Origin: Gemmatales bacterium
GTDB taxonomy: Bacteria; Planctomycetota; Planctomycetia; Gemmatales; HRBIN36
Direction: 5' to 3'
DNA length: 64,000 bases
Assembly: GCA_041640595.1 (NCBI GenBank)
Contig: JBEPZY010000001.1
Coordinates: 160,001 to 224,000 of the forward strand
Shown here: piece after piece, positions 10,746 to 21,685 of the stretch
Position numbering within the stretch: position 1 is the stretch's first letter
Layout of the letters: every line of letters begins with the position of its first letter
Program-made: the position numbers and the translations under genes
The notes under the pieces: generated by a model
Told to the model about the DNA's origin: nothing
What the model saw: only the letters and a program-made list of their open reading frames with translations
Databases searched by the model: none

Positions 10746-12179
10746 TCATTTGCCAATACAAAACCGGCTGAAAATGCGGTCGAGCAAATCCTCAGTGTAA
10801 ACCTCGCCAAGCACGGCTCCGAGTTCATCCAGAGCGTTCCGCAATTCAACAGCCACCAGTTCCGGGGGCTCCTGGCGGATCAGGAATGCTTCGGCCTGTT
10901 CGAGTGCTTCAGCTGCTTGGGCCAGATGATGCTGACACCGTCCCAGACTGACTGCCAGAGGATCGGAACGTGTGTGCTGCCTGGCGAATTCCACGATCAT
11001 TTTTTGCAGTTCAGGCAGCCCTTGGCCAGAAAACGCACTGGTGGCCACACTGGGCCAGCTGCCGATTTCCTCACGCGCGGGGTAAGGAAAATGCTCCGGC
11101 ATGAGGTCGCACTTTGTCCACACGAGGACGGTGTGTTTTTCGGCCAGCTGCTGCAGGGTTTTGCGGTCTTCCTCAGCGACAGGTTCATTGATGGGAAGGC
11201 AGTACAGGACCAGGTCTGCACGCTGAAGCTGCTGCTGCCGGAGCGTCTGGGCCTGGGTAACGATCGCCGATACCGCGGCGGGGATGTCTGAACCATTCGT
11301 GTCAAGCGAATCGGGAACGGGTTCAATTCCGGCAGTGTCCACCAGTTCCACGACTACATCGTCCAGATACAGCCGGGCCGTGAGATAGTCTCGCGTTGTG
11401 CCCGGTACAGGACTGACCAGGGCCGCGCTTTTGCCGATGAGTGCATTGAACAAGCTACTCTTACCAGCGTTCGGGCGACCCGTCAGAACTACGCGAAAGT
11501 ATTCTCCCAGGAGACTGCGCTCGCTGGTGCGCTGGAGTAGTTGCAGCATGGCCTGGCGAGCGTCGCGGCACTGTTGAACCAGAGTTTCCCGGAGGGCGAA
11601 CAGCAGGTCTTCTTCCGGAAAATCCAGGCTGGCTTCGATCTCAGCCAGGAGATCGAGTATCCGCTCCTTCACTGCCGCTAGTGGTTGGGCAAGGCCACCG
11701 GCGAATAGTTGGAGTGCTTCGTGCAGGGAACCGCTGTCCTGGGCGTGCAATACCGCTAACAGAGCTTCCGCCCGTGTCAGGTCTATTTTCCCGGCCAGAA
11801 ATGCACGCAGAGTAAATTCGCCGGGCAATGCCAGCCGAGCGCCGCGTGCCAGCACCGTTTCCAGCACCGCTTCAATGAGCGGCGCGCTACCCGGGATATG
11901 CAGTTCTAACAAATCCTGTCCGGTGTAGCTGCGAGGTCCGAAAAACACCAGAACGGTTGCCGGAATGGGTGGTAATTCACGCACCCCGACCAGGAAGGTT
12001 TCATACGCCACCCGATGTTCGGGCATCTGCGGCATATCCTCTGGCAAGAGCGAACGGACAATGTGCCAGGCACCCGGCCCGCTCACGCGCACGACCGCTC
12101 GCACCGCGGGACAGGAACCACTGGATAATGCCGCTATGGTATCTTCGAGGTTGAAGCGGGGCAGGTTCTGTACGGGCAT
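10746..12179 (-). CDS. mnmE: tRNA modification GTPase MnmE/TrmE
   Basis: DTIAALSS, PGEFTLRAFLAGKIDL, GRPNAGKSS, GTTRD, DTAG, C-terminal FSRFCIGK. Confidence 0.95.
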   Translation of the reverse strand: MPVQNLPRFNLEDTIAALSSGSCPAVRAVVRVSGPGAWHIVRSLLPEDMPQMPEHRVAYETFLVGVRELPPIPATVLVFFGPRSYTGQDLLELHIPGSAPLIEAVLETVLARGARLALPGEFTLRAFLAGKIDLTRAEALLAVLHAQDSGSLHEALQLFAGGLAQPLAAVKERILDLLAEIEASLDFPEEDLLFALRETLVQQCRDARQAMLQLLQRTSERSLLGEYFRVVLTGRPNAGKSSLFNALIGKSAALVSPVPGTTRDYLTARLYLDDVVVELVDTAGIEPVPDSLDTNGSDIPAAVSAIVTQAQTLRQQQLQRADLVLYCLPINEPVAEEDRKTLQQLAEKHTVLVWTKCDLMPEHFPYPAREEIGSWPSVATSAFSGQGLPELQKMIVEFARQHTRSDPLAVSLGRCQHHLAQAAEALEQAEAFLIRQEPPELVAVELRNALDELGAVLGEVYTEDLLDRIFSRFCIGK

Positions 12180-12366
12180 TCTCAGACCACAATGGTGAAT
12201 GAATCAGCAACCCCATTCTAAGCGCCACGCCGCAACCGCAGCGGTCAATGAACCGGGCAAGCTCTGCCAGCTTCCGTGTGCCATTCCAAGAGGGTTTCCG
12301 TAGCTCCATACGGCTGAATTTGACTGGAGCGGCATCGCTCGGCTTTCTGTCAGCAAAACAGGGCAT

Positions 12367-14076
12367 TTACTGCGGAGCACTGCTGGAGGATGGCCTGCGG
12401 CGTAGCAGAACGGGCAGGACTCCCAGCACGACTAAAATTGCCAGTAACGTGAAAAACACGCGAAGGTCCACAATGGGTGTGATCACCCAGTGCGTGGCGT
12501 AGCCCGTCTGGCCACGAAGAGTACCGAGGCGAATCTCAATGCGGCTGGGTGTTCCGTCCTGGCGCTTTCGCGGGCTCAGGTAAGTTACCGTGAACGTGGC
12601 CTCAATTTGTTCGAGAGCGCGGCTGAATAAGTCGGCGAGTTTTGCTGCTTGTTCCGCGTGGAAATACCGCCCGCCGGTTTGCTCCGCCAGACTTCGTAAA
12701 GCTGTTTCATCTATGCCCTCATCATGAATGTCAATGGACAACTGTTCGAAAACTTCGCGCAGCTGAGCCGGGTTGGAAACCCCGTAGTACCTGCCACCGG
12801 TCACCTGAGCGATGCGTCGTAATACCTCCTCGTCTATTTCCTGCTTTTTCCCTTTGCGTGGGTCGCCAAGACCAATTGCATAGACCGGAATTTGCGCTTT
12901 CCGGTGTGCTTGCTCCAGTCGGCGGAAAAACTCACCGGTATCATCAACGTGGCCACCTTCGTTCTTACCATCGGTCAGCAGGATGATGACCCTTCGGCAT
13001 TCGCGTCGGTGACCTTCGGGAGACGCGGCAATTGCCAGTTCCTTTTGCGCGAGCCATTCCAGTCCAAACAGGGTTACGTCGTATAAAGCCGTTCCGCCAT
13101 CTGGTTCGAGCTTATCGATCTGGTGCATTAAGCTGCGTTTGTCCGCACTCGGATGGACCGGACGATCGAAGTGGTGGTTGAACGGGAGCAAGGAGCAATC
13201 GGCGTGGTCAGCGGGCATCAACTCCAGGTATCGTTTGGCTGCCTTCCGGAGGTGTTCAATTTTCTTGCCCTCGTTCATGCTCCCACTGCGGTCGAGGATC
13301 AGCAGCGAACGAACGTGAAGATTGCTTCCCGGTTTGCCCAGACCGATGGTGTAAATGCTGACGCCTTTACTGCGTGCTTCTGCGACAACATTTTCGAGCG
13401 AATGCCGGCTGTTGACGTCTCGCCCATCGGTCAATAGCACCATGGCTCGCATGCGTTCAGGCGCATCCGAGAGCTGGCGCATGGCTTCAAGAGCGGCATC
13501 GAAGTAAGCCGTTCCGCCGGCCCCCTGGGCAGATGTGATAGCGGCGAGCAGTTGCTGCCGTGAGCGATCCCCTTTTCTCGGCTGGTAAATTCGATAGGGT
13601 TCGTGATGGAATAGCACCAGACCACAGGCGTTTTCGGGGTCGAGTTTCTGCAAGAAATGTGTGGCCGCCTCTTTCGCTTTATCGAGCCGATCCAGGGGGC
13701 GGTCGGGTGTACCGACCATGCTACCACTGGTGTCCAGCACGAGCATAACCTCGCGGTCCTGGCGAACGCTTGTTTGTAACCGGAACCGGTGGACCTCCTG
13801 GCCGTCCTCATAGACAACGCATTCCTGTTCGGGCAGGTTGGGCACGACGTTTCCCTGCGCATCTTCCACGCGGAAATGGAGCGTGATTCGCAACCGACCT
13901 TCATCGGTAATTTCTACCCGCGGACTGGCGGTCTTGATCTGCAAACCGTGAACCTTGGCGGATTCGGCTAACGCTTCCACACGCCACGCTGAAGTGGCTA
14001 CCAGCAAACCCATGTTGGCCAAAAACATAAACCCGGCGAACCTGACTTTGCACCGTGAGAATTCCGGCAGAAGCAT
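12367..14076 (-). CDS. Membrane-anchored protein with two VWA domains
   Basis: Two MIDAS motifs (DTSGS, DRSGS), two LLTDG, two TGGRY; N-terminal hydrophobic leader; C-terminal TM helix followed by RRR. Confidence 0.85.
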   Translation of the reverse strand: MLLPEFSRCKVRFAGFMFLANMGLLVATSAWRVEALAESAKVHGLQIKTASPRVEITDEGRLRITLHFRVEDAQGNVVPNLPEQECVVYEDGQEVHRFRLQTSVRQDREVMLVLDTSGSMVGTPDRPLDRLDKAKEAATHFLQKLDPENACGLVLFHHEPYRIYQPRKGDRSRQQLLAAITSAQGAGGTAYFDAALEAMRQLSDAPERMRAMVLLTDGRDVNSRHSLENVVAEARSKGVSIYTIGLGKPGSNLHVRSLLILDRSGSMNEGKKIEHLRKAAKRYLELMPADHADCSLLPFNHHFDRPVHPSADKRSLMHQIDKLEPDGGTALYDVTLFGLEWLAQKELAIAASPEGHRRECRRVIILLTDGKNEGGHVDDTGEFFRRLEQAHRKAQIPVYAIGLGDPRKGKKQEIDEEVLRRIAQVTGGRYYGVSNPAQLREVFEQLSIDIHDEGIDETALRSLAEQTGGRYFHAEQAAKLADLFSRALEQIEATFTVTYLSPRKRQDGTPSRIEIRLGTLRGQTGYATHWVITPIVDLRVFFTLLAILVVLGVLPVLLRRRPSSSSAPQ

Positions 14077-14141
14077 GGTTCAGCCCCCCGCAAAAGTTAC
14101 GGCTTTACCGGCTGGCGATTTTTGGCGTTGACCAACGCGAC

Positions 14142-16322
14142 TTAGCGTTTTTCGGCCGCTTTCAGTAAGGCTTGCCACCATTGTTTGATCCGCTGCCCCA
14201 GTTGTTGCAGCGGGGTCTTTTGCCCATCCGGCAAATTAGCCCGGCCGGCAGTGCGCTTGCGGCGGTCGGTCACAGGTGGAGTAACTTTGGCTGGCTCCTT
14301 TTCCTGGAGTGTCTTCGGTAGCAGCTTCCTCTCCACGATTCCCCACAGACTGCTGGCGATGAAATACAGGCACAAACCCGACGCGATCCAGTAAAACGCC
14401 CAGCCCATGAAGATCATCATCCAGTTCATCATCCGCATTTGCATCTGTTGCTGTTCATCCAGGTTGGGCGGCATGAACATCTTTTGCTGCCAGAGCATAA
14501 CCGCGATGCTGACGATGGGCAACAAATGCAAATACGGCCCCAGGTGCAGCAGATAAGCTAGCTGACTGATAACCGGCCAGTTGCCCCAGTAGAGCAACAT
14601 ATCTGGAGCAGCCAGATTCTCCATCCACAAAAACCGCGCTAGCCGCAGGTGCACGCTTTCGTATAGCGCGTAATACAATCCGAGGAAGATGGGCATCTGG
14701 AGCAGCACGATCAGACACCCGCCGAAAGGGTTGACCCCGTACTTGCGATACAGTTCCATCTGTGCCTGTGCCAGGGCCTGCTTATCGTCTTTGTATTTCT
14801 CCTTGAGGCGATTCAACTCGGGTGCCATTTGCTGCAACTTCAGGTTATTGAGTGCCTGTCGCCGGCTGATGGGAAACATCAAGGCTCGCACGACCACCGT
14901 CAGTAACAGAATGGCGAAACCATATCGCCACGGCACCCAGCTGAATACCCAGGAAAACCACTCCAAAAGCGCGTGCATGAGGTTGGTGAAGAACACTACC
15001 AGCGCCGTCCAGCCGATGGCCCCGGTAAACGTGTACCACGGATAATCCGTCAGGTTGGCCAGGTGGTAATCATGTTCGTAAATCTCCGGCAGACCCGGCC
15101 GCACTCCGGTTTCATAACGCAGTAGTCGCACTTTCGCCGGGCCGGCATAAATCAAGAACTCGTGTTTGACCTCCTGCTCGACCCGGATCGGGCGAGTGCT
15201 GAGCCGCACCGAAATCGGAACCGCCCACAGGGCCCGCTTGTCTTTTTTCGGGTCTTCGCCCAGCGCCTCGGGGATAGCCTGTTCAATTACCGGCTGGTTC
15301 GTGGGATCCCCGGCGACCACCGTCAGGGCGGCGAAATACGGGATCATAACACCCGCATACTGCAGCGCTTGCGGACGTACTGTGTACGGCGCACTGGGCG
15401 AACCCAGATGCAACGCGCGGGCGTGAGCCTTTTCCTTCGGGAAAAAGTGAGTCGGCTCGAACAGGTAACGGTAACTTGTGCGGGCGTCCTCAGCACGAGT
15501 CGTTCCGATCACCACCTGCCAGTAAGCGGTCTGTTTCCAGTATTCGCCTTCGACTGGCAAGCCCCGTGGCCCGGTCAGTTGGTATTCAATCTCCGCATCG
15601 CGATCGGCGCGCAGACGGGTCAGGGTCACTTGCATGTCCAGGTGATACTGATCGGGCGCCAGGCGAAATTCCCGGCGGATGGAAACATTACGAGAAGGGA
15701 CATCGGCCTGGAAAACGACATGGTCAACCTCCTGTTCCACCACACGCCATTCCAGAGGCGTCTCGGGCACCAGCATGCGAAAAGATTGTCTCTCCCAGCG
15801 TTCTTCGAGGGAGAGTTTCGCGGTAGCTTCGTTGCCTTCTTCCAGACCGTCACTGATCAGGCGAAATGGCACCGGAGCTTTCGTCTGCGGATCGAACACA
15901 GGACGAGCTTCCCATCGGCTGGCCGCCTGATACTGTGTCAATTCGATGCTGCGCACTGCGGCTCCCGTAGAAGAGAGCACTGCCCGAAGTTTGTAACCCT
16001 CGCCGCCCAAAATGATGGCATGCTCCTGGGCTAACTGACGCTGCAAACGTTGCTGACGCTCCCGTTCCGCAGCGACCGCGCGATCGGCAGCTTCCGCCTG
16101 CTGGATTTCGGATTCCGTCGGTACGGGCAACATACCCGACGGATCGGGCACAAGTCGTCCCAGCAGGATGCGCGCCACCAACTCCAGTTTGGCTTGCGGT
16201 ATTTCATTTTCCCCTTGTATTGGCGGTTTCTGCGGTGGAAACCACCATGACAGGAGGTAATACCAGCCCAGAAAGATCGCCATCGTCAGCAGCACAAATA
16301 AGACATAGCGACGTTGATCCAT
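14142..16322 (-). CDS. yidC: Membrane protein insertase YidC (long periplasmic domain)
   Basis: YGFAILLLTVVVR, ELYRKYGVNPFGGCL, LQMPIF, GLCLYF. Confidence 0.93.
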   Translation of the reverse strand: MDQRRYVLFVLLTMAIFLGWYYLLSWWFPPQKPPIQGENEIPQAKLELVARILLGRLVPDPSGMLPVPTESEIQQAEAADRAVAAERERQQRLQRQLAQEHAIILGGEGYKLRAVLSSTGAAVRSIELTQYQAASRWEARPVFDPQTKAPVPFRLISDGLEEGNEATAKLSLEERWERQSFRMLVPETPLEWRVVEQEVDHVVFQADVPSRNVSIRREFRLAPDQYHLDMQVTLTRLRADRDAEIEYQLTGPRGLPVEGEYWKQTAYWQVVIGTTRAEDARTSYRYLFEPTHFFPKEKAHARALHLGSPSAPYTVRPQALQYAGVMIPYFAALTVVAGDPTNQPVIEQAIPEALGEDPKKDKRALWAVPISVRLSTRPIRVEQEVKHEFLIYAGPAKVRLLRYETGVRPGLPEIYEHDYHLANLTDYPWYTFTGAIGWTALVVFFTNLMHALLEWFSWVFSWVPWRYGFAILLLTVVVRALMFPISRRQALNNLKLQQMAPELNRLKEKYKDDKQALAQAQMELYRKYGVNPFGGCLIVLLQMPIFLGLYYALYESVHLRLARFLWMENLAAPDMLLYWGNWPVISQLAYLLHLGPYLHLLPIVSIAVMLWQQKMFMPPNLDEQQQMQMRMMNWMMIFMGWAFYWIASGLCLYFIASSLWGIVERKLLPKTLQEKEPAKVTPPVTDRRKRTAGRANLPDGQKTPLQQLGQRIKQWWQALLKAAEKR

Positions 16323-16477
16323 GCGCGAATTTGCTCCTGCATTTGGCTATCACACGCAGAAAGACGCCTACCGCGTTTACCTTCGTTATATCTTTACTTG
16401 CGGTGGTGCCACTACATTCTAGCAACGGCCAGCGATGCTCGACACACTTGCTGACTGCCCCAACGGTTGGCGAATGG

Positions 16478-17227
16478 TTATCTTCCTTCTCGCAACCGAT
16501 CGCCCAGGTAATCGTCCAGTTCCTCGATTTCGTGTATCTTGCGAATAGTCTCTTCGACGTTGTATGGAACACGGCGGTACCGAACCAGTTTTTCTTTCTC
16601 GTCAAATAGCACATAGCAGGCCCGCCAGTCGCTGTCGCGTGGCTGACCGACCGAGCCAACGTTGATCAGTGCCTTGGTGTTATCCAGGCGGTATTCGTAA
16701 TTGATGTCTTCAGGCGCGTAAAATTCCAGGCGTTCTGTGAAGATGCCGGGCACATGCGTATGGCCTTGAAAGCAATATCGCTCTACCAGGGCGAAAATCT
16801 TTTCCATTTTGCGTGGATTGTAAATATCTTCCGGAAACACGTATTCGTTGAGCGGATTGCGAACCGAACCGTGTACGTAAATAATGCCATTTTCCTCGTG
16901 CTTACGTGGCCGCTCTGCCAGAAACTCCCAGCGACTCATGGCCCGCTGGTGATTGGGATCTTCTTCGAGTTGCCGGCGCGTCCACAGAATCGCTCTCATG
17001 GCTCCCGCATTGAATCCTTCCGGGTCGAAAAGAGCCGCCTGATCGTGGTTCCCCAGCAAAACCACCGGAAAGTCCATCACCAGGTCAATGCATTCCCGCG
17101 GGTTCGGACCGTAACCGACAATGTCCCCGAGACAATAAATCTTGTCCACGCCTTGCTCGCGAATGTCTTCCAGCACCGCTTGCAAGGCTTCCAGATTGCT
17201 GTGAATGTCACTGACGATAGCGATCAC
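16478..17227 (-). CDS. Metallophosphoesterase family protein
   Basis: [34 protein letters not shown]; probable GTG start at 17227 behind AAGGAG. Confidence 0.9.
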   Translation of the reverse strand: MIAIVSDIHSNLEALQAVLEDIREQGVDKIYCLGDIVGYGPNPRECIDLVMDFPVVLLGNHDQAALFDPEGFNAGAMRAILWTRRQLEEDPNHQRAMSRWEFLAERPRKHEENGIIYVHGSVRNPLNEYVFPEDIYNPRKMEKIFALVERYCFQGHTHVPGIFTERLEFYAPEDINYEYRLDNTKALINVGSVGQPRDSDWRACYVLFDEKEKLVRYRRVPYNVEETIRKIHEIEELDDYLGDRLREGR

Positions 17228-17495
17228 TGCCAGCTCCTTGCCCTCTGCGGAGGGCCAGCCAATACTCACACTGCCAGCCGGGACGGTTCCCGTGCTCCGG
17301 AGCACGCCTGGAGCCAACCCAACCAGTTTCCTTAGTAATATTATCCTAGCACGGTTTGGCCAAGTAGTAATGTCCACGGGCACGCTCGAAGCTGGCCCCG
17401 ATGTCAGTTTGTCCAGCCCGACTCGTCCTATATTCGTTACTCCCGGCACATTCGATATATTTACTGTTGAAGCAGCGATCCCGCAGGGACTTACT

Positions 17496-18542
17496 ATGCT
17501 TCAGCAAATGTGGGCTTTGGTGAAGCGGCGAGCGGAACCGGGACTATGGCTGGAACGCGTGCCCATTCCGGAAATGGGCATCAACGACGTGCTTATCGAG
17601 GTGTTGCAAACCGGTATCTGTGGCACCGATTTGCACATCTACCGCTGGGACCCCTGGGCCCGGAAGACCGTACCTGTACCACTGATCATCGGGCATGAAT
17701 TCGTCGGTCGGGTCGTCCGCGTTGGTGAAAACGTCAAGGACTTCTATCCAGGAGAAATTGTCAGTGGCGAAGGCCATGTCGTATGCGGTAGGTGTCGCAA
17801 TTGTCTGGCCGGTCGCAGGCACTTATGTAAAGATACCCAGGCCATTGGCGTTAATCGCCCCGGTGCTTTCGCCGAATATATTGTTTTGCCTATGACCAAT
17901 GTTTGGGCCCATGACCCCAGCATCCCTCGGGAAATTCAAGCTATATTCGATCCTTTTGGAAACGCCGTGCACACAGCCTTATCGTTTCCAGTATTAGGCG
18001 AAGATGTTTTGATTACTGGCGCCGGGCCTATCGGTTTGATGGCCGCCGCGGTAGTGCGTCATGCAGGAGCTCGATTTATCGTTGTGGCGGATATTAACCC
18101 TTATCGCTTAGAATTAGCTCGCCGAATGGGAGCTAATCGGGTTTTCGATCCGCGCTCGGAGGACCTCCACGCTATTCAACGCGAACTGGGCATGAAGGAA
18201 GGGTTTGATGTAGGCCTGGAAATGTCGGGCAATCCCCAGGCGTTTCGGATGATGCTGGATAACATGGCTCACGGCGGAAAAATCGCTTTATTAGGAATTC
18301 CCGAAACCGATGTGGCTATTGACTGGCATCAGGTGATCTTCAACGGCCTCACTATCAAGGGCATTTACGGGCGGGAAATGTATGAGACCTGGTATAAGAT
18401 GACCGTGATGTTACAGTCCGGTCTGGATATAAGACCGGTAATAACACATAAGTTCCACTATACCGAATACGAGCAGGCTTTTCGTATCCTGGCCGAGGGC
18501 AACTGCGGCAAAGTGATCCTGGTGTGGAAAGACGAGAGTTAA
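17496..18542 (+). CDS. tdh: L-threonine 3-dehydrogenase
   Basis: [14 protein letters not shown], structural Zn CxxCxxC...[27 protein letters not shown]; start at 17496 or 17508. Confidence 0.95.
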   Translation: MLQQMWALVKRRAEPGLWLERVPIPEMGINDVLIEVLQTGICGTDLHIYRWDPWARKTVPVPLIIGHEFVGRVVRVGENVKDFYPGEIVSGEGHVVCGRCRNCLAGRRHLCKDTQAIGVNRPGAFAEYIVLPMTNVWAHDPSIPREIQAIFDPFGNAVHTALSFPVLGEDVLITGAGPIGLMAAAVVRHAGARFIVVADINPYRLELARRMGANRVFDPRSEDLHAIQRELGMKEGFDVGLEMSGNPQAFRMMLDNMAHGGKIALLGIPETDVAIDWHQVIFNGLTIKGIYGREMYETWYKMTVMLQSGLDIRPVITHKFHYTEYEQAFRILAEGNCGKVILVWKDES

Positions 18543-18551
18543 TGGCTCACT

Positions 18552-18569
18552 CGGTGAGCGACCTCACCG
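18552..18569 (+). terminator. GC-rich hairpin after tdh (possible terminator or processing stem, no U-tract)
   Basis: CGGTGAG-cgac-CTCACCG, 9 bp after the stop codon. Confidence 0.3.
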
Positions 18570-18787
18570 GATGATGCGTACTGGCAGCGGTATCGCTAAA
18601 ATACAAGATAACCCTTGAGAATATCGCTTTCGGCAACTTAGAGCCATCAGGCGTCGAGACCTCACGTATGTGGGCACAGGCAACGACCGAGACCGAATCG
18701 CTTGCCTAAACCAGGTGAACGCGATACGAATTGATCGGTGTGTCGAACCGTCAAGTCGGTCTCACAACTATCGCGGAGGGAGCGAAG

Positions 18788-20593
18788 ATGAGCAAGCAGC
18801 GACTGGTCGCCTGGAGTGCTGTGTTAGTTAGTGCAGGCTGGCTCACCGCAACTTTTGCGGTCCTGGCCAATGACGATGCTCGTCCGACAGCCACCTGGCG
18901 AGTGGCTGTGGTTCGGCTGGGCGGAAATATGGAAGAAACGCCTACCGCTCCTGATCCGCTTCTGGGTATCCAGACGGAGAACCTGAAAACACGCATGGAC
19001 CGAATCCTTCGCGCGGCACGGGATAAGCAGGTGCAGGCGTTGTTGTTACGCATTGATTCCCTGGACGTTGGTTGGGGCCGGGTTGCCGAACTTCGCCAGG
19101 CAATCCAGGAATTTCGCCGCAGCGGCAAACCATGCTTTGCCTGGCTGGAATCGGGCGGTTTGCATGAATATCTTGTTGCTGCCGCTTGTGACGAAATTAT
19201 TATGCCGGAGTCCGGTTTGCTTATGTTAACCGGCCTGCGAATGCAGATGTTTTTCTATAAAGACCTCCTGGATAAGATCGGCGTGCAGGCGGACATGATC
19301 CAGATGGGTGATTTCAAAGGGGCTGCTGAACCGTATATTCGCAATCGTATGTCGCCTGCCTTGAAACAACATCTCGAATCGGTGCTCGATGACTTATATA
19401 GTTACGTTGTGCAAACGATTGTGGAATCCCGTAAGCGAAACGGTCTCAGTAATGATAAGGTGCGCAGCTTACTGGATCAAGGCCCCTTTACGCCGAAACA
19501 GGCTCTGAAATTCGGCCTCATCGATCGGGTTGCTTACGAAAGCGACTGGGAGAAAAGCTTAGGGGAAACTAAGAAAGTCAAGGTGCAACTGGTAGCCGAC
19601 TACGGCAAGCCGAAACCACGAGAGCCCGGTTTGCTGGATTTCTTCAAGCTCTTCGCCCCGCCGACGGAACCACGACTCAGCGACCGGCCGAAAATTGCCC
19701 TTATTTACGCCGTTGGCGTCATTATGGAAGGGCAGGGTACTCCTTCGCTTTTCGGGGAATCCGTCGTCGGATCACACACTTACGTACAGGCCATTCGTCG
19801 TGCTGAGCAAGAACCCTCTATCAAGGCCATTGTCCTGCGGGTGGATAGTCCTGGTGGCTCGGCACTGGCCAGCGACTTAATTTGGCGGGAGCTGGATAAG
19901 TGTACCAAACCGGTAATTGTTAGTATGGGCGACGTGGCTGCCAGCGGGGGTTATTATATAAGCATGGCAGCTCGCCGAATCTTTGCCGAGCCTGCGACCA
20001 TCACTGGTAGCATCGGGGTAGTTGGTGGTAAGCTAACCATCAAGGGCTTGATGGACAAAATTGGACTAACGACTGACACAATTGATCGCGGCAGCAATGC
20101 CGGACTGTTTTCGTTGACTGAACCGTGGACGGATAAACAAAAGGAAACAGTCACGGCTCTGATGCGTGAGGTATATGATCAGTTCCTGGATAAAGCGCTG
20201 GCTGGTCGCCGTCGTGCCGGTCAGAAGTTAACGCGTGAAGACTTAGAAAAATTAGCCGGGGGCCGAATCTGGACGGGCCGTCAGGCGAAAGAGCGGGGAT
20301 TAGTGGATGAAATCGGCACCTTAGCCGACGCGCTCGCTTATGCCAAAAAGCAGGCCGGGTTCGATCCGGATCAAGATGTTGAAATTTATATCCTGCCACG
20401 TCCTAAGTCACCGCTGGAAATGCTGGTCGAAAGCTTCCTGGAAACGCATTCGCCAAATCCTCTGGTGCAATTGCAGCGATATGCCGAGACGTATCCCGAA
20501 TTGAAGCAGCATCTCCGTGAGGTTATGGTGCTCTGGCACCTAAGGCGCGAACTGGCCTGGACTTATCAGCCCTTATTTTTCCGGATTCGCTAA
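18788..20593 (+). CDS. sppA: Signal peptide peptidase SppA (67K type)
   Basis: FKGAAEP, LRVDSPGGS, AASGGYY, TITGSIGV, GRIWTGRQA; GGAGG RBS. Confidence 0.93.
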   Translation: MSKQRLVAWSAVLVSAGWLTATFAVLANDDARPTATWRVAVVRLGGNMEETPTAPDPLLGIQTENLKTRMDRILRAARDKQVQALLLRIDSLDVGWGRVAELRQAIQEFRRSGKPCFAWLESGGLHEYLVAAACDEIIMPESGLLMLTGLRMQMFFYKDLLDKIGVQADMIQMGDFKGAAEPYIRNRMSPALKQHLESVLDDLYSYVVQTIVESRKRNGLSNDKVRSLLDQGPFTPKQALKFGLIDRVAYESDWEKSLGETKKVKVQLVADYGKPKPREPGLLDFFKLFAPPTEPRLSDRPKIALIYAVGVIMEGQGTPSLFGESVVGSHTYVQAIRRAEQEPSIKAIVLRVDSPGGSALASDLIWRELDKCTKPVIVSMGDVAASGGYYISMAARRIFAEPATITGSIGVVGGKLTIKGLMDKIGLTTDTIDRGSNAGLFSLTEPWTDKQKETVTALMREVYDQFLDKALAGRRRAGQKLTREDLEKLAGGRIWTGRQAKERGLVDEIGTLADALAYAKKQAGFDPDQDVEIYILPRPKSPLEMLVESFLETHSPNPLVQLQRYAETYPELKQHLREVMVLWHLRRELAWTYQPLFFRIR

Positions 20594-20665
20594 GCTCTCG
20601 GGGACGCAAAAACCTTAGAAGCATCATCGGCGGTCAGAAGGTGGTGTCCGCATAGAGTCGCCAGT

Positions 20666-21679
20666 TTACTTCATGAACCCGGTCCGGGTAAGTGCTTGGC
20701 GGACGAGGGCCCGACTAAATTCGGCATGGCTCCAGCCAGCAGCTTTCAAGGAGCGACTGAAGCCGGCGTCGGGGTGATAGCCAGGGTTGGGATTAACTTC
20801 CAGAATTTTCGGTTGGCCTGACTGATCCAGGCGTAGATCAATGCGAGCGTAGTGTCGGCAACCGAGAGCAAGAAATGCGTCGCGGGCAAGATGGCTTAGT
20901 TTGCGTTCTAAGTCAGGGTCTATGTGGGCTGGACATACAGGGCGGGTGCACCGGTCAGCGTGAGAGCCAGGAGACCACTTGGCGGAATAAGTCACGACAG
21001 GCCAGGGATGTTCAGCATCGCATTGGAAAACTATTTCCGAAACGGGCAGTACTTGTACGTGCCCTATTTCGATCACGCTAACATTGAATTCCCGACCGGG
21101 CAGGAATTCCTGGATCAAAATCGGGCCATATTGCTGCAAGAGCGAACTAGCGCGATGCAGTAGTTCGCCCCGGTCAAGTACCACATTAGTCAGGTCAATT
21201 CCTATGCTGGCATCTAAATAAGCGGGCTTGATAAATACGGGGAACTCGATTGGTAATCTAGCAAGTGCGGGGCTTAATCCGTCGGGTGACTCGATAAAGA
21301 TGCTTAGGGGGACTGGTAAGCCAGCTTGTTGGAGGCGGGAAATTGCGGATAACTTATCCCGACATAATTCCAGAGCCGTAGCTGAGTTACCAGTAAACGG
21401 GACACATGCTTGCTCTAAGTGTTTCGCTGCCAGTACTTCACTGCCATCCCCGAGACCGAAACCCTCGAAAAGATTGAAGACGACGTGCGGTGGTTCCGTG
21501 TAAAGACGCTGCACCCAGGCAAAGTCTGGCTCGGCTGGCCACAATTCTGGTTGCCAGTCGGCAACTCGCAATTCGTCCGCAACTAACTGAGCAATTTCAA
21601 CTATCTCCCATTCACTCGCGGCCTCTGGGTGATTAGCCGGAAGCTGCGGCTGATTGTATAGTACGGCGATACGCAGCAT
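20666..21679 (-). CDS. D-alanine--D-alanine ligase-like ATP-grasp protein
   Basis: PFTG, DK, KP..DASIGI, EFLPGREF, ARIDLR, LEVNPNP; lacks the canonical Ddl GGxSxE and GEDG motifs. Confidence 0.8.
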   Translation of the reverse strand: MLRIAVLYNQPQLPANHPEAASEWEIVEIAQLVADELRVADWQPELWPAEPDFAWVQRLYTEPPHVVFNLFEGFGLGDGSEVLAAKHLEQACVPFTGNSATALELCRDKLSAISRLQQAGLPVPLSIFIESPDGLSPALARLPIEFPVFIKPAYLDASIGIDLTNVVLDRGELLHRASSLLQQYGPILIQEFLPGREFNVSVIEIGHVQVLPVSEIVFQCDAEHPWPVVTYSAKWSPGSHADRCTRPVCPAHIDPDLERKLSHLARDAFLALGCRHYARIDLRLDQSGQPKILEVNPNPGYHPDAGFSRSLKAAGWSHAEFSRALVRQALTRTGFMK

Positions 21680-21685
21680 AATAAC

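Noticed and set aside
11315..11335. GGTTCAATTCC resembling a tRNA T-loop
   Set aside because: It lies inside mnmE and no cloverleaf can be built around it.
10507..16477. Replication origin near yidC/mnmE
   Set aside because: No DnaA-box cluster, AT-rich unwinding element, dnaA or dnaN was seen.
17205..17495. N-terminal extensions of tdh and the metallophosphoesterase that would overlap head-to-head
   Set aside because: Family motifs start at 17496/17508 and 17227 respectively; the extensions are longest-ORF artefacts. The same applies to the called starts at 50269, 54751, 30444 and 28606.
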